Shown here in pieces: positions 58,948 through 64,000 of a DNA stretch of 64,000 nt (the stretch's first letter is position 1; every line of letters starts with the position of its first letter). Source of the stretch: an uncultured Candidatus Saccharibacteria bacterium (GTDB lineage: Bacteria > Patescibacteriota > Minisyncoccia > Phycocordibacterales > UBA9973). The DNA lies in assembly GCA_964397435.1 (NCBI GenBank), contig CAYNHU010000006.1, positions 344 through 64,343 on the forward strand, in the 5' to 3' direction. The notes beneath the pieces are model-generated. The model was given only the letters and a program-made list of their open reading frames with translations, did no database searches and had not been told where the DNA came from. Position numbers and translations under genes: made by a program.

Positions 58948-59703
58948 CTACTGTACGTTACGCACCTTGGGAAGTGAGAAAAAGAACGTTGTACCTTCAT
59001 TTTCCTGACTCTCAAACCAGAGTTTTCCGCCATGTGCTTCGATAATCATCTTGTTGGTGTACAAGCCGAGACCTGAACCCAATTCAGCTGTTTGTTTTGC
59101 GTTGGTTGCACGATAGAACTTTTCAAAAATCTTTGCCTGTTCAGCAGGCGGAATGCCGATGCCTTGGTCTTTGACTGAAACACGGAGTTCTTCGCCGGCG
59201 TCAATCACTGACACAATGACACTTCCACCGGCGCGTGAATATTTGAGCGCATTCTCAACAAGATTTTGTGCGACCACACGAATTTTGTCGTAGTCGATAG
59301 ATATCTTTGCTGGTAGTGGAGATGGTTTAAGGAAAATGATTTCGACATTCTTTTTGAATGACTCACCGTGAAAATCAAAAATAGTTTCATCGAGCAATTC
59401 AACAATATCAGCTTCGTTGAAATGATATGCCATCGTGACGCCATCTTGCGCGTGGTTGATGTTGAGCATGTCATTAACAAGTTTAATCATTCGTTCGGTT
59501 GTGTCGTATGCTTTTTTCATGAAACCCGCTTGTTCGTGGGTGATTTCGCCAAAGTCTCGATCAAGAAACATTTTGAGCATCCATTTGTTGGCTGCAAGCG
59601 ATGTTCTTAATTGGTGTGCTGAGATTGAAATCCAGTCACTTTTTACTGTACTCATTTGCTTGAGTTCAGCGTTTTCTTTCCGAAGTTCATGTAATTCGTC
59701 CAT
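58948..59703 (-). CDS. Histidine kinase lacking sensor and TM domains
   Basis: AHQLRT, NLVENALKY, DQGIG, GSGLGL. Confidence 0.92.
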   Translation of the reverse strand: MDELHELRKENAELKQMSTVKSDWISISAHQLRTSLAANKWMLKMFLDRDFGEITHEQAGFMKKAYDTTERMIKLVNDMLNINHAQDGVTMAYHFNEADIVELLDETIFDFHGESFKKNVEIIFLKPSPLPAKISIDYDKIRVVAQNLVENALKYSRAGGSVIVSVIDAGEELRVSVKDQGIGIPPAEQAKIFEKFYRATNAKQTAELGSGLGLYTNKMIIEAHGGKLWFESQENEGTTFFFSLPKVRNVQ

Positions 59704-59741
59704 GGGGAAAGTATACCACCAGAATGATGACTCTGGTAGTT

Positions 59742-60260
59742 TTATTGAAGTGGAGCAGGCATCTCTCTCTGAGGAGGAATTTGTCCGGCCGTTGTTTGTC
59801 CACCCGAGGCTTTTGGTGTGGTTTCTGGTTGTATCATAGCTGGCGCTTTTGCCTGAATTTGAATAGATTGTGCAGTTACTGAGCCGTCGCTATTTGTCTT
59901 TCCTGTGATGGTGATAAATTTCCCCGCAACCAGGTCAGATTTACTACCGTCGACTGACTTACTGACCATTGTCGAGTCTCCGAGAAATACAATTTTTGAA
60001 CTACCGTTTTGCATTTTAAGGGTGAGTGTTGTGCCATCAAAAGAGATAACTTCTCCACCAATGAAACCACCCATTCCTGATCGTGCAGTAGTTCGTCCTC
60101 CTGTTTGGTTATTCATCATTTGTCCAAATCGATTTTGATTTGTCGCTCGGCTCTTATTTTTACCGTAGCTGGTACCAGCCCAAAACGAGAGACTAAGTGC
60201 GATAATAAGTACTGCACTAAGCGCTGCCACTGTCTTTTTGTCATGTAATTGTAATGTCAT
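59742..60260 (-). CDS. Membrane-anchored OB-fold-like accessory protein (DUF5666-like)
   Basis: N-terminal TM, GEVIS, DL..G..I.ITG..NSDGSVTAQSIQI. Confidence 0.7.
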   Translation of the reverse strand: MTLQLHDKKTVAALSAVLIIALSLSFWAGTSYGKNKSRATNQNRFGQMMNNQTGGRTTARSGMGGFIGGEVISFDGTTLTLKMQNGSSKIVFLGDSTMVSKSVDGSKSDLVAGKFITITGKTNSDGSVTAQSIQIQAKAPAMIQPETTPKASGGQTTAGQIPPQREMPAPLQ

Positions 60261-60329
60261 AAACGTACGTTGTACTAGATAAATAATTGCACTGAGTATA
60301 TATACGCAGAGTGTATCGACATTGGTGCA

Positions 60330-61550
60330 TTATTCGTAACGTAATGCATCGATAGGATTAAGTTTTGCAGCTCGAGACGCTGGATAATATCCAAAGACGA
60401 TGCCAATTGCTGTTGAGACACCGAATGCGAGCACCACTGAACTTAGCGAAACATTTGTTGCGATGATGTTGAGTTGGGATACCGTAAACGCAAGCAGCCA
60501 TCCAATAGCTACTCCGATCGTGCCACCTGTAAATGTGAGCATAACCGCCTCTATCAAAAATTGAAGACTAATGTCTTTGCGTTTTGCACCGATTGCTTTG
60601 CGAAGACCAATTTCTTTTGTTCGCTCTGTGACGGTTGTGAGCATCATGTTCATGATACCTATACCACCAACAAGTAGGGAAATACCTGCTACTGCTGCAA
60701 GTAGAATCGTAAATGTGCTGGTAACACTTGAAGCTGTTGCGATAATGTCTGCTTGGTTGAGGGTTGAAAAATCAGCTTGAGTTGCGTCGCTGATACGGTG
60801 TCGAGTAAGTAATGTATCTGTAATGTTTTGTTGGACCTGACTTGTTACATCACCACTTGTTGCAGCGACGCTAATTGAGGTGACGTATTGGTCACCAGAA
60901 AAATATCGTTGAGCCGTAGTAATTGGTATATAGATACTATCATCTTGGTTTTGAAATCCAGTGCCACCTTTTGCTTTTGTGATACCAATAACTTTAAATT
61001 GAGTACCTTTGATTCGGATTGTTTGACCAAGTGCTGCTGCTCCTTCTCCGAAAAGATCATCACGTGTTGTCGGTCCAAGAACTGCAACTTTTGCGCCGCT
61101 TTGTATATTAGTATCAGTAATAAATACACCTTCATCAATTTGTACATTGCGCACGGTAAGATACGCCGCCGTAACACCTGTAACTGATGTGTTGGTGTTG
61201 GTCCCTTTTGCTGTCACTTGGTATCGTCCAGATACTTCAGGGGATACAGCGAGTACGCCATCAAGTGAGGTGAGTGCAGTAGCGTCTTCAAGAGTCAATG
61301 ATTTTGCTGAACCACGACCTTGGCTAACTTGAAATCCTGGACCGCGCTGTGTTCCTGGTGAAACAGTAATGAGATTTGATCCGATTGATTCAATCGATGA
61401 CTGAATTGATTTTTGTGCACCTGATCCGATTGCAGTCATCGCAATTACTGATGCAATCCCAATAATAATACCGAGCATCGTGAGGAAGGTTCGAATTTTG
61501 TTTGCAGAAAGTGCACTGTATGTTTCTTCAAGAATATCTCGTGTTGTCAT
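60330..61550 (-). CDS. MacB/FtsX family ABC permease
   Basis: LTMLGIIIG, VGGIGIMNMM..VTERTKEIGLRKAIGA, PIDALRYE. Confidence 0.95.
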   Translation of the reverse strand: MTTRDILEETYSALSANKIRTFLTMLGIIIGIASVIAMTAIGSGAQKSIQSSIESIGSNLITVSPGTQRGPGFQVSQGRGSAKSLTLEDATALTSLDGVLAVSPEVSGRYQVTAKGTNTNTSVTGVTAAYLTVRNVQIDEGVFITDTNIQSGAKVAVLGPTTRDDLFGEGAAALGQTIRIKGTQFKVIGITKAKGGTGFQNQDDSIYIPITTAQRYFSGDQYVTSISVAATSGDVTSQVQQNITDTLLTRHRISDATQADFSTLNQADIIATASSVTSTFTILLAAVAGISLLVGGIGIMNMMLTTVTERTKEIGLRKAIGAKRKDISLQFLIEAVMLTFTGGTIGVAIGWLLAFTVSQLNIIATNVSLSSVVLAFGVSTAIGIVFGYYPASRAAKLNPIDALRYE

Positions 61551-62242
61551 GATCGTGCGTGGTGTGTTTTCTTGTCACTCAAAACAACACCGTCTTTTAT
61601 GTGGATAATACGATCAGCATGCTCGGCAACATCCTGTTCGTGTGTAATAAGTACAATCGTGCGTCCAAGTTCTCGGTTGAGTTTCTGAAATGTGGTAAGT
61701 ACGATTTCACCAGTGCGAGAATCAAGGTTTCCTGTTGGTTCATCTGCAAGAATCAGTGTTGGATTGTTTACCAGTGCACGAGCGATTGCTACACGTTGAA
61801 TTTGTCCACCAGAGAGCTGGTTTGAGAGGTGAGCAAAATGTTCTTCATCTAAGCCTGCAGAAATGAGTGCTTGGCGCGCGCGTTCCGCGCGCGCCTCATG
61901 CGGAACCTCTTCATACACAAGCGGGAGCATCACATTTCGTATAACCGTTGTTCGTGGAAGTAAGTTGAATGCCTGAAACACAAACCCAATTTTTTCTCGT
62001 CGAATATCAGCAAGCTCATCGTCTGAGAGCATTGATACATCTTTGCCATCAAGGTGGTACGTTCCCGAACTTGGAGTATCGAGTGCTCCGAGGATATGCA
62101 TGAGTGTTGATTTACCTGAACCCGATGGTCCCATGATTGCAACAAATTCGCCATCATGAATTGTAAAACTAACACCCTTTAATGCTTGATACTCATTACT
62201 TCCAGAATTATAGGTTTTAGTAATGTTTGTAATTTCAATCAT
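61547..62242 (-). CDS. ABC transporter ATP-binding protein (LolD/MacB type)
   Basis: [24 protein letters not shown]. Confidence 0.96.
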   Translation of the reverse strand: MIEITNITKTYNSGSNEYQALKGVSFTIHDGEFVAIMGPSGSGKSTLMHILGALDTPSSGTYHLDGKDVSMLSDDELADIRREKIGFVFQAFNLLPRTTVIRNVMLPLVYEEVPHEARAERARQALISAGLDEEHFAHLSNQLSGGQIQRVAIARALVNNPTLILADEPTGNLDSRTGEIVLTTFQKLNRELGRTIVLITHEQDVAEHADRIIHIKDGVVLSDKKTHHARS

Positions 62243-62254
62243 AGAGTTTTTAGA

Positions 62255-63922
62255 TTATCTTCCTAAGCTGCGCATCGCATTGTTGGTTGAACGATTTGTT
62301 GTCGAATTACCACCAAACAAACTTGGAGCAGATGACGTTGTTGTTTTTGTTGTCGTTGTCGAGATTGTTCGTGTGACGATCTGCTCTCCTTCGGTGAGGC
62401 CAGAAATGATTTCAGTTAAACTATCATCAGAAATACCGACTTCGACGCTGACTTGTTGCGGTGCTGTTTTTGAGATCACACCTGTTTGCCCATCAGTTGA
62501 AGTACTGTCGATTGCTGGTGAGAAAACTTCAACATATGACCCAGCAGTATTTGTTTTAATTGCTGATGATGGCACCGTGAGTACATCAACACGAGTGTCG
62601 GTGATAATTCCCGCGCTCACACTCATTCCTGGCTTAATGCGTATATCGTCGGTGTCAAAACTAATTTTGACAGTGTAGTTGACGACGCCTTGGCTCACGG
62701 TACCCACAGTATCAATTTCGGCAACTTCGCCTGTAAGTGTGAGATCTTCAATTGCGTCAAACGTAAGCGTTGCCTTGTCTCCTAACGCAATTTTTGAAAC
62801 ATCAACTTCGTTCAGAGTAATTGATGCAATTTTTTGTTGCGTGATGATTGTTGCAATACTACTTGAGGCATCTTGTCCGACGATTGCACTCACTGAAGCT
62901 ACAGTTCCACTGAATGGGGCAGTGACATAGCAGTCAGCTAAATTATTTTTCGCATCAAGTAATGCATCTTGTTTTTGTTGGACTGCAAGTTTTTTTGCAC
63001 GAAGCTCTAATGCATCAGGTGTGTAGAGTTCAGCGAGATTTTCTTTGTTTTGCGCTATTGTTAATTCAGCATCACGTTCAGTTTTTTTCTGATCGTCAAT
63101 TGCTTTGTTGTATGCAGCAAGATTTTGCTCGTATGTCGCCGGTGTCTTATTTGGGAGATCGATAATCCATGTCTGCTGGCCAAGGTTAGTACTTGAAAAC
63201 TTAATATATAGTCCCGAGTCTCCCAGTGGTTGTGGAATCGTTGAAGACACATTGCCTGTTCCTACGACAATCCCAGAGGGAATACTTGAAACTGAATAGT
63301 ATGCGTTACTACCTGCTTCGTGTACTTCAATATAAATTTGAGCAGCAACATCTTTTGTGTATGTGCCACTAATGGTTGGACCGCTTTGTGTGCTTGTTGT
63401 ATCAGAAGCACGAACAGCTGTCGATGTATTCAAGAGGGCTCGATATGCATCTTTAACATTTTGCGCCGCATCTTCTTTTGATTTTTCTGCATTTTTAATA
63501 GCAGTCTCAATCGCGAGAACTTCAACTGATTTTGGTGGTTCTTGGAATTTTGCTAAATCAAGTTCAGCTGTTTCAAGTTCAGTTTGCGCAGTACGTACAG
63601 CTTGCTGAGCATCACGCGCATCAACCGCAGCAATTGTTTGTCCTCGAGTAACCGTGTCGCCAGGCTTAACAGCAACATAGGTGATGGTGCCACTTGTTTT
63701 TGCCTTAAGATCAACAGAATTGGTTGCCGCAACTTGCCCTCCGCCACTAATTGATGCAACAATAGTACCTTTTTCTACTGTGCCAGTGACGTATCGTGTT
63801 TCGGTTGTTGATGAACCTCGGAATAAAAAATATAAAGCGATACCAATGAGTACTACTGCGAATACAGTGAGTAGTTTGTGTTTTAAAATAAATGTAGTTA
63901 CTTTTTTAAAAAGTTCATGCAT
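62255..63922 (-). CDS. MacA/HlyD family adaptor protein
   Basis: N-terminal TM, lipoyl half motifs, APFSGTV, PGMSV, GLTEGEQIV. Confidence 0.9.
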   Translation of the reverse strand: MHELFKKVTTFILKHKLLTVFAVVLIGIALYFLFRGSSTTETRYVTGTVEKGTIVASISGGGQVAATNSVDLKAKTSGTITYVAVKPGDTVTRGQTIAAVDARDAQQAVRTAQTELETAELDLAKFQEPPKSVEVLAIETAIKNAEKSKEDAAQNVKDAYRALLNTSTAVRASDTTSTQSGPTISGTYTKDVAAQIYIEVHEAGSNAYYSVSSIPSGIVVGTGNVSSTIPQPLGDSGLYIKFSSTNLGQQTWIIDLPNKTPATYEQNLAAYNKAIDDQKKTERDAELTIAQNKENLAELYTPDALELRAKKLAVQQKQDALLDAKNNLADCYVTAPFSGTVASVSAIVGQDASSSIATIITQQKIASITLNEVDVSKIALGDKATLTFDAIEDLTLTGEVAEIDTVGTVSQGVVNYTVKISFDTDDIRIKPGMSVSAGIITDTRVDVLTVPSSAIKTNTAGSYVEVFSPAIDSTSTDGQTGVISKTAPQQVSVEVGISDDSLTEIISGLTEGEQIVTRTISTTTTKTTTSSAPSLFGGNSTTNRSTNNAMRSLGR

Positions 63923-63940
63923 GATTACACTCCTCTATAA

Positions 63941-64000
63941 TTACCGTGAATCGGTTGCCGGTGCTGGAGGAGGTACTGGCATTGTTCTAATAAATTTTGC
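63941..64000 (-). CDS. C-terminal fragment of an upstream gene in the same operon
   Basis: Open frame AKFIRTMPVPPPAPATDSR* ending 18 nt before the adaptor start. Confidence 0.45.
   Translation of the reverse strand, partial: AKFIRTMPVPPPAPATDSR

Noticed and set aside
1-64000. CRISPR array, IS element, integrase, prophage or rRNA
   Set aside because: No regularly spaced direct repeats, transposase, integrase, phage or rRNA motifs were seen.
1-64000. Alternative genetic code (TGA=Gly, code 25)
   Set aside because: Long conserved genes are intact under code 11, and TGA serves as the stop of the ABC ATPase at 61547.

Overview
Core-genome segment of a reduced-genome bacterium, most consistent with Patescibacteria/CPR (Parcubacteria-like). 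Supporting signs are genetic code 11, no rpmD between rpsE and rplO, archaeal-type PyrH, a lone VirD4-like ATPase, split ComEC and Cys/Thr-rich surface proteins. The window carries the str-S10-spc ribosomal cluster, broken four times by inserted genes, each break with a terminator and a new sigma70 promoter. It also holds tpiA-pgk, recJ-rnhA-comEC, infC-rpmI-rplT, smpB-tmRNA, ftsH, recG, a two-component pair and a MacAB-like ABC system. Features missing from the ORF track that deserve attention: (1) an orphan PemK/MazF-like toxin facing a convergent, promoter- and terminator-bounded ~55 nt two-hairpin RNA (candidate RNA antitoxin); (2) a ~127 nt rod-shaped ncRNA resembling a miniature 6S RNA; (3) a tRNA-Ile with the rare UAU anticodon; (4) pervasive leaderless gene starts; (5) a GAGAGA-loop hairpin repeated after fusA, rplB and ndk; (6) pyrE with two compensating frameshifts. 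All calls come from reading the sequence by eye; no searches were run.
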